Source: a virus
Strand: one strand, 5' to 3'
Virus record (IMG/VR): IMGVR_UViG_3300020446_000004
Coordinates: 14,570 to 78,569 of that record
Length of the DNA stretch: 64,000 nucleotides
The notes beneath the pieces were generated by a model, which saw only the letters and a list, made by a program, of their open reading frames with translations, ran no database searches and was not told the DNA's origin. Made by a program: the position numbers and the translations under genes. Positions 48,298 through 57,993 of this stretch are shown here, piece after piece; the first letter of the stretch is position 1, and each line of letters begins with the position of its first letter.

Positions 48298-49776
48298 TTA
48301 AAAGTTTAGATACCAGGTGCCAACTGGATATTCTCCATCATATGATAATATCCATTCATCGTTAACATATTTGTATTGTTTGCCTGTGTTAAGATTAGTA
48401 GTAAAAACTACAGTACTATCATCTTCACTAGCATCAAATACTATATGCCACTTAGAGCCGTCCCATTCGACTATGTCGTTTGCGCCTGCAACAAATTCAG
48501 TGCCGTCTGCATTTTTCCATGCATCAGGACCGTCATAAGTTGCTTCATCGACATTTTCACTTGTATTAATAGCATCTAATATTAATATTCTAGCATTACT
48601 GCCTTTTATTGCTGTTGGATTAGTTTTGTAAGGATTAATTATATAATCTATTTTGTTTCTATCACCTGACGGACCATGCATTATTGTATCAGCAGGTATT
48701 GTATCTGTGTCAAAATTTATTGACAATTCAAATTCATCTAACGGATTTATAGTGACTGTGCCTACAATTTCATTATCTATACCATCTCTTCTAAGATGTA
48801 AATTAGTTACTCCTGCATTGAAATCAAAAGGTAATGACTTAATATATCCTGTCCAAGTTTCTGCGCCTACAACACCAGCCTTTACTAGCTTTGCTGTATT
48901 ACTCATTACAAGCAATGAATAATTATCATGACTTGTATTAATAATTGAATCTACATCTAATTTTACCATTCCTTCTGCAGCAATTTCTGCTCGTATTTGT
49001 CCTGTATTTGCAATAGCTAATCTAGTCTTTGTAGCATTTTCTGGCTTAGGTTTATCGTCGTATGCCTGGTTTGCAGGACGCGATAAATCTAAATCAATAC
49101 TTCCTTGACTCTCATTAAATATACTTGTAATTACTTGTGTGATTACTCCAAGTCTTTTAACTTTTACAGGCGGACTTATAAAAATAGGAGTGTTAAATGT
49201 TAAAGTTGCAACATCTATTTCACTATCTACGCCTACAGGAACACTTCTACTACTAAATGTTAAATTTTCTAAGTTGACTACACTCAAACTTGTCCAATCA
49301 ACATAGTTGTCAGTTGTCTGTATTTCTAAACTAGGATTGAATAACATTAGTATTTGTTCTAATATTTGTAATTTTTGATCAGTATTACTACTCCAAACGT
49401 CTACATTCACTGTTAATGTATAAGGTGTGGGCATTAATCTTTCTACTGTATAGTTTTTTCCTTCTTTGTTTATGTATTCTTTTCCAGTTGAATCATATGC
49501 TTGTTCTCTTATGTTAACTTTGTTTACATAACTACTATCTGCTAACCTAGCAGTATCCATTGCTAAGCCAGTAATATATACAGACATTCTTGGAGCACTA
49601 GGAATTTTATTTTCTGAATTCTCTCTAATAATATTTGCAACTTGCCTTGTCAAGTCACCATACATAACAGGAACTTGTGTAAGGTTACCTTTTCCATCTT
49701 TGTAAGAAAAATTGCTCATCATTCTTACAATTTGAGTTATGTATCTTCTAATTTGTCCATCATAAAAATGTTGCAT
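48298..49776 (-). CDS. gp15: Tail terminator / sheath stabiliser, T4 gp15-like, with C-terminal extension
   Basis: FYDGQIRRY..Q...M.SNF, VPV.YG, PRMS, P.PY.L...V..W.....QKLQILEQIL..FNP. Confidence 0.75.
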   Translation of the reverse strand: MQHFYDGQIRRYITQIVRMMSNFSYKDGKGNLTQVPVMYGDLTRQVANIIRENSENKIPSAPRMSVYITGLAMDTARLADSSYVNKVNIREQAYDSTGKEYINKEGKNYTVERLMPTPYTLTVNVDVWSSNTDQKLQILEQILMLFNPSLEIQTTDNYVDWTSLSVVNLENLTFSSRSVPVGVDSEIDVATLTFNTPIFISPPVKVKRLGVITQVITSIFNESQGSIDLDLSRPANQAYDDKPKPENATKTRLAIANTGQIRAEIAAEGMVKLDVDSIINTSHDNYSLLVMSNTAKLVKAGVVGAETWTGYIKSLPFDFNAGVTNLHLRRDGIDNEIVGTVTINPLDEFELSINFDTDTIPADTIMHGPSGDRNKIDYIINPYKTNPTAIKGSNARILILDAINTSENVDEATYDGPDAWKNADGTEFVAGANDIVEWDGSKWHIVFDASEDDSTVVFTTNLNTGKQYKYVNDEWILSYDGEYPVGTWYLNF

Positions 49777-50582
49777 TAGTTTTTATCCAATTTAGGGACT
49801 ATAGCTCTCCTATAGTAAAAACTTTTTGCAGAAACAGTAATTTTCATAGGTTCGTTTGGAACTTGTTTTGGTTGTGCAGGACCAACAGTTGTAATATGTT
49901 CTCTTGCACCTACTGCATCTATAATCATTTGTTTCATATCATCAAAATCAGCCATTGTTTTAGGAAAGCCTTCATGCTCTTGATAGCCATATTCATCACG
50001 CTTTGGATTATTAGTGTTAATTTTTAAATCAATCATTAGAGCTTGTTTAACATCTGTGACTTCCAAAGTTTTTCCTGTTATCTCAGGATCTGTCTGCGGA
50101 TAGTTAAAAGACACTCCTGTTGGAAATATAGGATCTTTTGCTCTAGTTTCGTGATACCAACCGTCTTTGAATTTAGGATCATCTGTATCTCTAATTTTTA
50201 ATCCACGTAATACAGTTTTTTCCATAGTATTCATTACTAGTCTATGCAAATCTAATACATTTTTCATTGCTTGTTTTTCTATATCAGTAGGCTCAAATTC
50301 TCCTTTATCTGCATCCTTTTGATCTTTACCATCTATTTTATCTTTTTCGATTTTATCTATTTTATCTGCTTCTGTTGAACCAACAATATTCCAGTCTGCA
50401 TATATTTCATTTGGTTTTGCTTTTTTAGCAGCCTTGACAACTCTAGCATCAAAGTCTGGTCTAGTTGTAAGTTCTTTAGGAACATTACGGATTGTAATCT
50501 TTTTTCCGCTTTTAAATTCGACAGCAATAATTACTTTATCTTCTGCTTCACGTAATGCTGTTTTTAATTCTTGCCATCTCAT
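49776..50582 (-). CDS. Hypothetical protein, candidate internal head protein
   Basis: 268 aa, charged; N-terminus MRWQELKTALREAE resembles a cleavable capsid-targeting leader. Confidence 0.55.
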   Translation of the reverse strand: MRWQELKTALREAEDKVIIAVEFKSGKKITIRNVPKELTTRPDFDARVVKAAKKAKPNEIYADWNIVGSTEADKIDKIEKDKIDGKDQKDADKGEFEPTDIEKQAMKNVLDLHRLVMNTMEKTVLRGLKIRDTDDPKFKDGWYHETRAKDPIFPTGVSFNYPQTDPEITGKTLEVTDVKQALMIDLKINTNNPKRDEYGYQEHEGFPKTMADFDDMKQMIIDAVGAREHITTVGPAQPKQVPNEPMKITVSAKSFYYRRAIVPKLDKN

Positions 50583-51646
50583 TGTAAATCCTCCCAGTCA
50601 AAATCCTCAATATCGTCTGGTGTGACAGGTTTTTCTTTCTCATCAGGTTTGACTGTTATATTAGGATTTTGTTCTGTATCTTTTTTTATTTTATCTGCTT
50701 CTTCTTCTTTTTTCTTTCTTTCTTTTTCTAATCTTTCTGCTTCTATACGTTTCTTTTCTGCTTCAGCTTCAAGTCTTGCTTTTTCAGCTTTTTCTTTTTC
50801 AATCCTAGCTTCTTCTGCTTTTCTAAGTGCTTCTTCTTTTGCAAGCCTTTCTTCTTCGGCTTTCTTAGCGGCTTCTTCGTTTGCTTTTCTTTCATTCTCT
50901 GCCGCTATACGAGCTTCTTCAGCTTCTTGTTCATCTGCAATTTGTTGTTCAAGTGCCGCTTTTTCAGCTGCGGCAAGTGCTTTTTTCTTAGCCTCTATAG
51001 CATCTATAGTACCTTCTATATCTTTCCTAAAACTAGGACCAATATAATCTTCAAATCCAGGATTGCCATCAAGATAATTTAATGCACCTTCCCAATCTTC
51101 ATTTTGTAAATAGCTGTTTAATTTTCCTGATTCTGTAGCATAATCAGTAGTTCCTGTGTCAGTATTGCCCGAGCCTTGTGTGCTTTTACCAGTTTCTGCA
51201 TTGCCCTTTCCTGTATTTGCACCAACAACAGCAGTTCCGTCTCCTGGCGTATATCCAGGAATATCACTTGTGCCAGTACCCTTACCAAATCTAGAATTAC
51301 CTGTACCAGTGCCTGCACCTTGACTTTTTGCGTAATCACTGTATCCACCGTCACCTGCAAATCCTTGTAGATCACCTTGTCCTAATTTTCCATATCCGTT
51401 TTTTTGCAGACATGCTTGAATTGCTGAAGCTAATTGCGGGTTTCGATTTCTATATCTTTTTATAGCATCTAAAGCATTTTTTTTCATATTTCTTGCTCTA
51501 GCTGGATATTTAAATCCGCCATCTTTTCGCTTTACGCCTGCTCTTATTAGTCCATTGCAAATGTGTTCGACAGGGGTATTTAGGTATATTTCTTTTTCTA
51601 CCCTATCTTTTTCACTACGTATTTCGTAAAATTCTTTATATCTCAT
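50579..51646 (-). CDS. Hypothetical protein with Gly/Thr linker and long E/K/A coiled coil, candidate internal head protein
   Basis: 355 aa; MRYKEFYEIRSE leader; EEARIAAE/EEERLAKE helical repeats. Confidence 0.6.
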   Translation of the reverse strand: MRYKEFYEIRSEKDRVEKEIYLNTPVEHICNGLIRAGVKRKDGGFKYPARARNMKKNALDAIKRYRNRNPQLASAIQACLQKNGYGKLGQGDLQGFAGDGGYSDYAKSQGAGTGTGNSRFGKGTGTSDIPGYTPGDGTAVVGANTGKGNAETGKSTQGSGNTDTGTTDYATESGKLNSYLQNEDWEGALNYLDGNPGFEDYIGPSFRKDIEGTIDAIEAKKKALAAAEKAALEQQIADEQEAEEARIAAENERKANEEAAKKAEEERLAKEEALRKAEEARIEKEKAEKARLEAEAEKKRIEAERLEKERKKKEEEADKIKKDTEQNPNITVKPDEKEKPVTPDDIEDFDWEDLQ

Positions 51647-52782
51647 TATTCATCTGCCTTTGGTCTCAAAGCATCACTTAGACTTTGTCTTTCTATTACA
51701 TTCTCTCCAGAAATTGTTGCAGAGTTTGTGTTATTTATAAATGTGCCTTTTTGTGTGCTTCTTGAATCTGTCTGTGTCATTGTCATACGCACATTATCTT
51801 CTTGCTTGACCCATCTTGCACCGTCATATCTAAACAATCTGTTAGGACTAAAATCAGTACGTAAAAAATAGTCACCCAAACTTTTATTAGTAGGAAATCC
51901 TATACCATGACCGAAATTAGCACCATTAGTAGGTATACCATCACCTAACAAGTAACCATTATACCCTGATTTATTTGCAGTTTGCATTGTATCTGGTATA
52001 TTGTCTGCATCGGTATCTACAAGTTCAGTATTTCCATCACTGTTTAATTGTAAACTATAATAATGGCTAGTATCATAACCTGATTTGGCCGCATCAGCTT
52101 CTGCTTGTTGCACTACTGCGTTATTAATTTGCATTTCTTTTTCGTAAGTGCTTAACATATTACGAAGTGTGTTTGCACCGTCTTGTCCTTCTTCAGCAGG
52201 CAAATCTAAAATTTCTTTGTATTCTTGAGAATCAACTATTTGTTTTAATTTTAATCTATATAAATGGGGATACCATGTTTGCGAAAACCCTTCTGCGGCA
52301 CGGTTGACGTCTTCAACCACGTAGAATCTTTTTAATGCATAACTTAAATCGTTTAGTGCATATTCGTCTTTTAGATGAGGTAGTTCAATTACATCTCCTG
52401 CAATAATTTTTCTACCTAACGTTTTGACACTACTATTAATATGAATTGTTAAAAATAATGTATCATTGCTTAAAAATAATCCAAATTGGCTTAAATTGAA
52501 ATCAATATCTTGTACATTGTAAATGCCACGCATTGTGTATACATCTGGGTCGTATTTCCTATCTCTATTTTCTAAAAATAGTAAATCTTGTATATTTGTT
52601 TCTTTTACAGCATCATACTTTGGTTGATCTGCTGTAGCTTCACTTTCGCTAGGATTTTCAGCACCAAGAAATTTATGCACATTTATATCTGTACCACCTA
52701 CAGTAAACATTTCATAAACTTGTTTGTCTATAAATGTATAATCATTTCCTCTTTCGGGTCTATATAAACTTAATCTAGGCAT
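51646..52782 (-). CDS. gp14: Neck / head-closure protein, T4 gp14-like
   Basis: True start MPRLSLY (ATG 52782); DLLFLENRDRKY, LSQFGL, GDVIELPHL, FYVVEDV; divergent from the gp13-like gene and upstream of the gp15-like gene. Confidence 0.65.
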   Translation of the reverse strand: MPRLSLYRPERGNDYTFIDKQVYEMFTVGGTDINVHKFLGAENPSESEATADQPKYDAVKETNIQDLLFLENRDRKYDPDVYTMRGIYNVQDIDFNLSQFGLFLSNDTLFLTIHINSSVKTLGRKIIAGDVIELPHLKDEYALNDLSYALKRFYVVEDVNRAAEGFSQTWYPHLYRLKLKQIVDSQEYKEILDLPAEEGQDGANTLRNMLSTYEKEMQINNAVVQQAEADAAKSGYDTSHYYSLQLNSDGNTELVDTDADNIPDTMQTANKSGYNGYLLGDGIPTNGANFGHGIGFPTNKSLGDYFLRTDFSPNRLFRYDGARWVKQEDNVRMTMTQTDSRSTQKGTFINNTNSATISGENVIERQSLSDALRPKADE

Positions 52783-52787
52783 ATACA

Positions 52788-52819
52788 TATTTATCGTTAG
52801 TAGACTAATACGATAAATA
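52788..52819. promoter_or_regulatory. Back-to-back late promoters forming an inverted repeat
   Basis: TATTTATCG (52788-96) and CGATAAATA (52811-19), with inner TTAGT-AG-ACTAA. Confidence 0.7.
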
Positions 52820-52835
52820 CTACGGAGACAACAAA

Positions 52836-53585
52836 ATGGCTTTACAAAAACAAGATATATTTGATTATGTACATACAATGTTAGGTGGAGGAATGGTTGA
52901 CGTAGAACTAGATCCTGTTCACTATGAAACTGCTTTACAAAAAGCATTTACAAAATTTAGACAAAGATCTGATAATTCGGTAGAAGAATCCTATTTTTTT
53001 ATGCCAACAATTATAGATCAAAACGAATATACCTTGCCAAATGAAATAGTTGAAGTAAGAAGAATATTTAGACGCTCTATAGGATCTAGATCTGGTGGTG
53101 GAGACGGCGGAACAATATTTGAACCATTTAATTTAGCATATACAAATGCATACCTTTTATCAAGCTCTAACCTTGGAGGATTAGCTACATACGATATGTT
53201 CAGTCAATACCAAGAACTTGTAGGACGTATGTTTGGATCATTTATTGAATTCAAATGGAACACTCAAACAAAAAAATTAACATTACTTCAAAGACCTAGA
53301 GCAGAAGAAACTTTATTAATGTATTGTTACAATTATAGACCAGATGAAAATTTAATGAATGACTATCTGGCCCAACAATGGATAAAAGATTATACACTAG
53401 CAAGTTGCAAATATATGTTAGGTGAAGCAAGAGAAAAATTTGCTACTATTGCTGGACCACAAGGCGGTACTAGTTTGAACGGTCAAAGCCTAAAAAGTGA
53501 AGCTCAACAAGAAATGGAAAAGTTAGAATCTGACGTTGCTACTCAAGTTTCAGGCGGCGTAGGTTACGGATTTTCCATAGGATAA
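52836..53585 (+). CDS. gp13: Neck / head-tail adaptor, T4 gp13-like
   Basis: LGGGMVDVEL, WIKDYTLA.CK..LGEAR.KF..I.GPQGG.SLNG..LK.EA..E.EKLE. Confidence 0.75.
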   Translation: MALQKQDIFDYVHTMLGGGMVDVELDPVHYETALQKAFTKFRQRSDNSVEESYFFMPTIIDQNEYTLPNEIVEVRRIFRRSIGSRSGGGDGGTIFEPFNLAYTNAYLLSSSNLGGLATYDMFSQYQELVGRMFGSFIEFKWNTQTKKLTLLQRPRAEETLLMYCYNYRPDENLMNDYLAQQWIKDYTLASCKYMLGEAREKFATIAGPQGGTSLNGQSLKSEAQQEMEKLESDVATQVSGGVGYGFSIG

Positions 53586-53591
53586 TTTTTC

Positions 53592-53620
53592 TTGACATTA
53601 CTGATAAATTAGTCTATAAT
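53592..53620 (+). promoter_or_regulatory. Consensus sigma70 promoter
   Basis: TTGACA (53592-97), 17-nt spacer, TATAAT (53615-20), upstream of the dNMP kinase. Confidence 0.85.
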
Positions 53621-53642
53621 AACTTAAACATGAGGATATTAT

Positions 53643-54254
53643 ATGATAATAGGTATTTGTGGACTTATAGGTAGCGGTAAAGGATCTGCCGCAGATATAT
53701 TAGTTGAAGAACACAACTTTACAAAAATTAGTTTTGCAGATAAACTAAAAGATGGGGTTGCTTCTGTCTTCAACTGGGATCGGCAGAAACTAGAAGGTGA
53801 CACTGATTCAAGTAGAGCCTGGCGAGAAGAACCTGATAAATTTTGGTCAAAAGAAGTAGGAAAACCAATTACACCTAGATTAGTTTTACAATTATTTGGC
53901 ACAGATTGTATGAGAGACGGATTCTTTGATGGCATATGGGTTAGTGTTGTAAAACAACATTTACTTCACGATACAACAAAAGATTACGTTATACCTGATG
54001 TACGCTTTCCTAATGAAGCTAATATGATACATTCATTAAACGGACAAGTGTGGCAAGTGAAAAGAGGTGCAGATCCAGTATGGTTTAGGATGTATCAAGA
54101 TATAGGTGTAGAACCAAAAGATGTACATGAATCTGAATGGCGTTGGGCAAACGTAAAATTTGATGGAATTATAAGTAATAATGGTACATTTGATGACCTT
54201 AAAAATCAGGTACAAGATCACCTTGCTTCCACTTTACACCTTGCTTCTGCATAA
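53643..54254 (+). CDS. Deoxynucleoside monophosphate kinase (T4 gp1-like)
   Basis: IIGICGLIGSGK P-loop, SFADKLKD, TPRLVLQLFGT, IPDVRFPNE, HESE. Confidence 0.88.
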   Translation: MIIGICGLIGSGKGSAADILVEEHNFTKISFADKLKDGVASVFNWDRQKLEGDTDSSRAWREEPDKFWSKEVGKPITPRLVLQLFGTDCMRDGFFDGIWVSVVKQHLLHDTTKDYVIPDVRFPNEANMIHSLNGQVWQVKRGADPVWFRMYQDIGVEPKDVHESEWRWANVKFDGIISNNGTFDDLKNQVQDHLASTLHLASA

Positions 54255-54534
54255 TCCGTTGACAGTTTGCACAGATAGTTTTTAAATTCATTACACTACA
54301 ATTATTTAAATCACCGTCTATATGGAAAACATTAAACTGCTCTGTATGTTTACTTTTATAACCACACTTTTCACATACATCCTTTTTTTCATATCCACGT
54401 TGTTTCCATTTTGGTATCCCGTGGTTGACACCATTTCGTAAACATCTTTCACAAAGTTTTCTGTAATAAGTTTTTTTGCCTTTTTTATAATTCACAGCCG
54501 CAGGTCGCTGTCCACATTTACATAAAGGTCTCAT
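54199..54534 (-). CDS. Zn-finger / HNH-like protein
   Basis: CKCG, CERC, CEKCG, FHIDGDLNN...NL.TICANC. Confidence 0.7.
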   Translation of the reverse strand: MRPLCKCGQRPAAVNYKKGKKTYYRKLCERCLRNGVNHGIPKWKQRGYEKKDVCEKCGYKSKHTEQFNVFHIDGDLNNCSVMNLKTICANCQRIMQKQGVKWKQGDLVPDF

Positions 54535-54538
54535 ATTG

Positions 54539-54609
54539 TATTTACCTCACCTTTTTGGTACCTTTTTCATGGTATATATACACACCTTTTCTATTTTAAT
54601 TGCTAAATA
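54539..54609. promoter_or_regulatory. Divergent late promoters flanking three ACCTTTT repeats
   Basis: TATTTA 54539-44 (minus-strand core), TAAATA 54604-09 (plus-strand core), ACCTTTT starting at 54549, 54560 and 54584. Confidence 0.55.
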
Positions 54610-54643
54610 GTAATAGCAAAAAGATTCCAACAGGAGAAATAAT

Positions 54644-57600
54644 ATGGCTTTAACATCACCAGGAGTACAGGTCAGCGTTATAGACGAAAGTTTTTATACC
54701 CCAGCTGAGCCAGGTACAGTACCGATGGTTTTTGTTGCTTCAGCAAGTAACAAGCAAAATGCGGCAGGCACAGGAACAGCACAAGGTACATTGAAAGCGA
54801 ATGCAGGTAAACCATTTTTACTAACATCGCAAAGAGATTTAGCGGACACATTTGGTGATCCGATATTTAAAACAGATACAAACAATAATCCAATACATGC
54901 TGGAGAATTAAACGAATATGGATTACAAGCGGCATATTCATTATTAGGCGTAAGCAATAGGGCATTTGTTGTAAGAGCTGACATTGATTTAGGTGAGCTA
55001 GAACCAACAGCCGATGCACCAGCGGCTAATCCATTAGCAGGTACATACTGGTTTGATACTGACGGTTCAAATTACGGAATACAGCAGTGGAATAGTAATG
55101 CAATCAATACTACAGGCGGACAAACGTTTACTACCAAAGTTCCAACTGTAATCTTCAAGCAAAATGAAGTTGTAGATTATGATGCTGGAAATTATACTCC
55201 TTTATCAAGTATAGGTGCAATTGGTGACTATGTAATTGTTGCAGTTACTACAATGAATAAGTTATGGTACAAAAATGCAAGTGGCACATGGGTTGAAGTT
55301 GGAAGCAACGCATGGACAAAAAGCTGGGCTACTGTAAAAGGTACAAAGGCGAATCCATCATTTGCCGGTACAGCAGATATTACTATTAACGGTTCTGTAG
55401 TATCAGTAGGCGGTAACACTGTAAGTCAAATTGCTACAGCAATTAATTCTGGCATTGGCTTAGGTGGAGAAATATCAGCTGAGGCAGTAGACGGATTTTT
55501 AGAAATATATAGCACAGGAGCGAGTTCAGGTGCAGACGATTCAACATTAGGTGGTCCAATTGTAATTGGTGGTGATGCAACAAGATTATCTGAATTAGGA
55601 ATCAGTGCAGGAACTTATTATCCTCCAGCATTGCAAATTTCAGCACATACTAGTGTGCCAGAATGGAAAAGCGGTGATACATATCCTCGCCCATCAGGTA
55701 GCGTTTGGTTTAAAACAACATTACCTAACGGTGGAGCAAAGTTAGATGTAAAATTATGGAATTCTACAACACTATTATGGGATGACATAGCTACACCATT
55801 ATACGATAACAATGCAACTGCAATTTATAACCTAGATAGCACAGGTGGCGGCAGCAACTTAGCAATAGGTGATTTATATGCAAAAACAAACGTTGCAAAC
55901 GACACACAACCTCTTGCAAACTTTACAATTTATCGTAGACAAGCAAGTGGTGCTACAACAATAACAAGTAGTGCAATTACAGGAACATCTCCAGGTGCAG
56001 GTACATTTACATTTACTATAGCATCTACAACCAAAGGAAGTTCTGCATTTAGTGCTCCAGTTACAGCATCAGTTACTACAACAGGAAGTGCAACAGGTGA
56101 CTCAGTGTTAATTGCAACAGCTATTACATCTGCAGCTTCACAAAATGTAAGTGCTACAGTAGATGCTTCAAATAGAATTGTAATTACACATGCACAGGGC
56201 GGCGAAATAAAATTTGTTGATACAGATGGAATATTAAATGCAATAGGATTTAAACCTTTTGATGCAAATGATCCTACATCAACTGCTAATTTAGCATTTG
56301 TTGATGGAACTACAAATGCAACAAGTCCTAAGCAGTTTCAAGCAACTAACTGGCGTATATTATCTTACACAGCAAGTGCAGACGCTGTTACTTCATTAGC
56401 AAATCAAGGACAATTATGGTACAACTCAATTGTTGACGAAGTAGATATGCTTTGGCACAATGGTACTACATGGGTAGGTTATGGAGATTCTACAGCATAT
56501 CCAAATGCAGATCCAGCAGGACCAATTGTTTCAGCAAGCATGCCTACACAACAAAGTGATGGTAGTGCTCTAGTGTCAGGTGATTTATGGATATCAACAG
56601 CAGACTTAGAAAACTATCCAACAATTTATAGATACAATGTAAACATATCTGGAACAACAGCTCAAAAATGGGGATCACCAATAGATTCAAGTGATCAAAC
56701 TACTGAAAATGGTATACTGTTTGCAGATGCACGTTTCGGAACAGGCGGAGGAACAACAACAGTTGCACCAAGCGGGACAATTCCTGAATTACTTGCAAGC
56801 AATTACTTAGATCCAGATGCTCCAGATCCAGCACTATATCCAAAAGGTATGTTGCTATGGAACTTACGTAGAAGTGGTTTTAATGTAAAACGCTTTGAGC
56901 GTAATTATATAGATACTACATCTGTGAATAAAAGACAAGGCGATGTATCAATGGAAAACTATTATCCACATCGTTGGGTAACAGAGTCTGGAAACCAAGC
57001 TGATGGTTCAGGTAGCTTTGGACGTAAGGCACAACGTAAAGTAGTAGTGCAGGCGTTACAAGCTGTAGTAAACAGCAATGACGATATTAGAGATGACGAG
57101 TCAAGATTGTTTAATGTTATGGCAACTCCTGGATATCCAGAATTGATAGGTGAAATGATTTCACTTAACTTTGATAGAGGCTTAACAGCATTTATCGTAG
57201 GTGATTCACCGTTCCGTTTAACACCAGATGCAACTTCATTAAATGAATGGGCAACAAATGTAAACACAGCAGTAGAAGACAACGATGATGGCCTAGTAAG
57301 TAGAGATGAATACTTAGGAGTATTTTATCCAGCAGGATTTACTAGTGATAACTTTGGTAACAATGTTGTAGTTCCGGCATCACACATGATGTTGAGAACA
57401 ATAGCACTAAGTGACCAAGTTTCTTTTCCATGGTTTGCTCCAGCAGGAACAAGACGTGGCGGAATAACAAATGCAAGTTCAACAGGTTTTGTCAATAGTG
57501 AAGGTGAATTTGTTAGTGTTGCATTAAATGAAGGACAAAGAGATACATTGTACTCAAATAATGTAAATCCAATTACATTTATTACAGGTGCAGGACTTGT

Positions 57601-57961
57601 AAACTTTGGACAAAAAACAAGAGCAAGAGGAGCAAGTGCTTTAGATAGAATAAATGTTGCAAGACTTGTTATATATCTAAGAAGTCAACTTAACACACTT
57701 GCTAAGCCTTACATATTTGAACCAAACGATAAAATTACTAGGGACGAAATAAAGCAAGCCGCAGAAAGTCTTTTACTTGAATTAGTAGGACAAAGAGGAT
57801 TGTACGATTACTTAGTAGTGTGTGATGAGTCAAATAATACACCTAGCAGAATTGATAAAAATGAGTTATATTTAGATATTGCTATCGAACCTGTTAAGGC
57901 AGTAGAGTTTATTTACATACCTCTAAGACTTAAAAATACTGGAGAAATATCAGGACTTTAA
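54644..57961 (+). CDS. gp18: Contractile tail sheath protein with large insertion domains
   Basis: MALTSPGVQVSVIDES start; PWFAPAGTRRG, RDTLYSNNVNPI, FGQKT, ALDRINVARL, FEPND..TR, VVCDESNNTP..ID.NEL..DIAIEPVKAVEFIYI. Confidence 0.95.
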   Translation: MALTSPGVQVSVIDESFYTPAEPGTVPMVFVASASNKQNAAGTGTAQGTLKANAGKPFLLTSQRDLADTFGDPIFKTDTNNNPIHAGELNEYGLQAAYSLLGVSNRAFVVRADIDLGELEPTADAPAANPLAGTYWFDTDGSNYGIQQWNSNAINTTGGQTFTTKVPTVIFKQNEVVDYDAGNYTPLSSIGAIGDYVIVAVTTMNKLWYKNASGTWVEVGSNAWTKSWATVKGTKANPSFAGTADITINGSVVSVGGNTVSQIATAINSGIGLGGEISAEAVDGFLEIYSTGASSGADDSTLGGPIVIGGDATRLSELGISAGTYYPPALQISAHTSVPEWKSGDTYPRPSGSVWFKTTLPNGGAKLDVKLWNSTTLLWDDIATPLYDNNATAIYNLDSTGGGSNLAIGDLYAKTNVANDTQPLANFTIYRRQASGATTITSSAITGTSPGAGTFTFTIASTTKGSSAFSAPVTASVTTTGSATGDSVLIATAITSAASQNVSATVDASNRIVITHAQGGEIKFVDTDGILNAIGFKPFDANDPTSTANLAFVDGTTNATSPKQFQATNWRILSYTASADAVTSLANQGQLWYNSIVDEVDMLWHNGTTWVGYGDSTAYPNADPAGPIVSASMPTQQSDGSALVSGDLWISTADLENYPTIYRYNVNISGTTAQKWGSPIDSSDQTTENGILFADARFGTGGGTTTVAPSGTIPELLASNYLDPDAPDPALYPKGMLLWNLRRSGFNVKRFERNYIDTTSVNKRQGDVSMENYYPHRWVTESGNQADGSGSFGRKAQRKVVVQALQAVVNSNDDIRDDESRLFNVMATPGYPELIGEMISLNFDRGLTAFIVGDSPFRLTPDATSLNEWATNVNTAVEDNDDGLVSRDEYLGVFYPAGFTSDNFGNNVVVPASHMMLRTIALSDQVSFPWFAPAGTRRGGITNASSTGFVNSEGEFVSVALNEGQRDTLYSNNVNPITFITGAGLVNFGQKTRARGASALDRINVARLVIYLRSQLNTLAKPYIFEPNDKITRDEIKQAAESLLLELVGQRGLYDYLVVCDESNNTPSRIDKNELYLDIAIEPVKAVEFIYIPLRLKNTGEISGL

Positions 57962-57966
57962 TCTGA

Positions 57967-57972
57967 TAAATA
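57967..57972 (+). promoter_or_regulatory. T4-type late promoter core TAAATA
   Basis: GATAAATACTATTAAT, then AGGAG SD and ATG 57994. Confidence 0.75.
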
Positions 57973-57993
57973 CTATTAATAGGAGCAGACTAA

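Noticed and set aside
52783-52947. N-terminal extension of the 433-aa minus-strand ORF
   Set aside because: It overlaps the gp13-like gene and both promoters; the credible start is ATG 52782.
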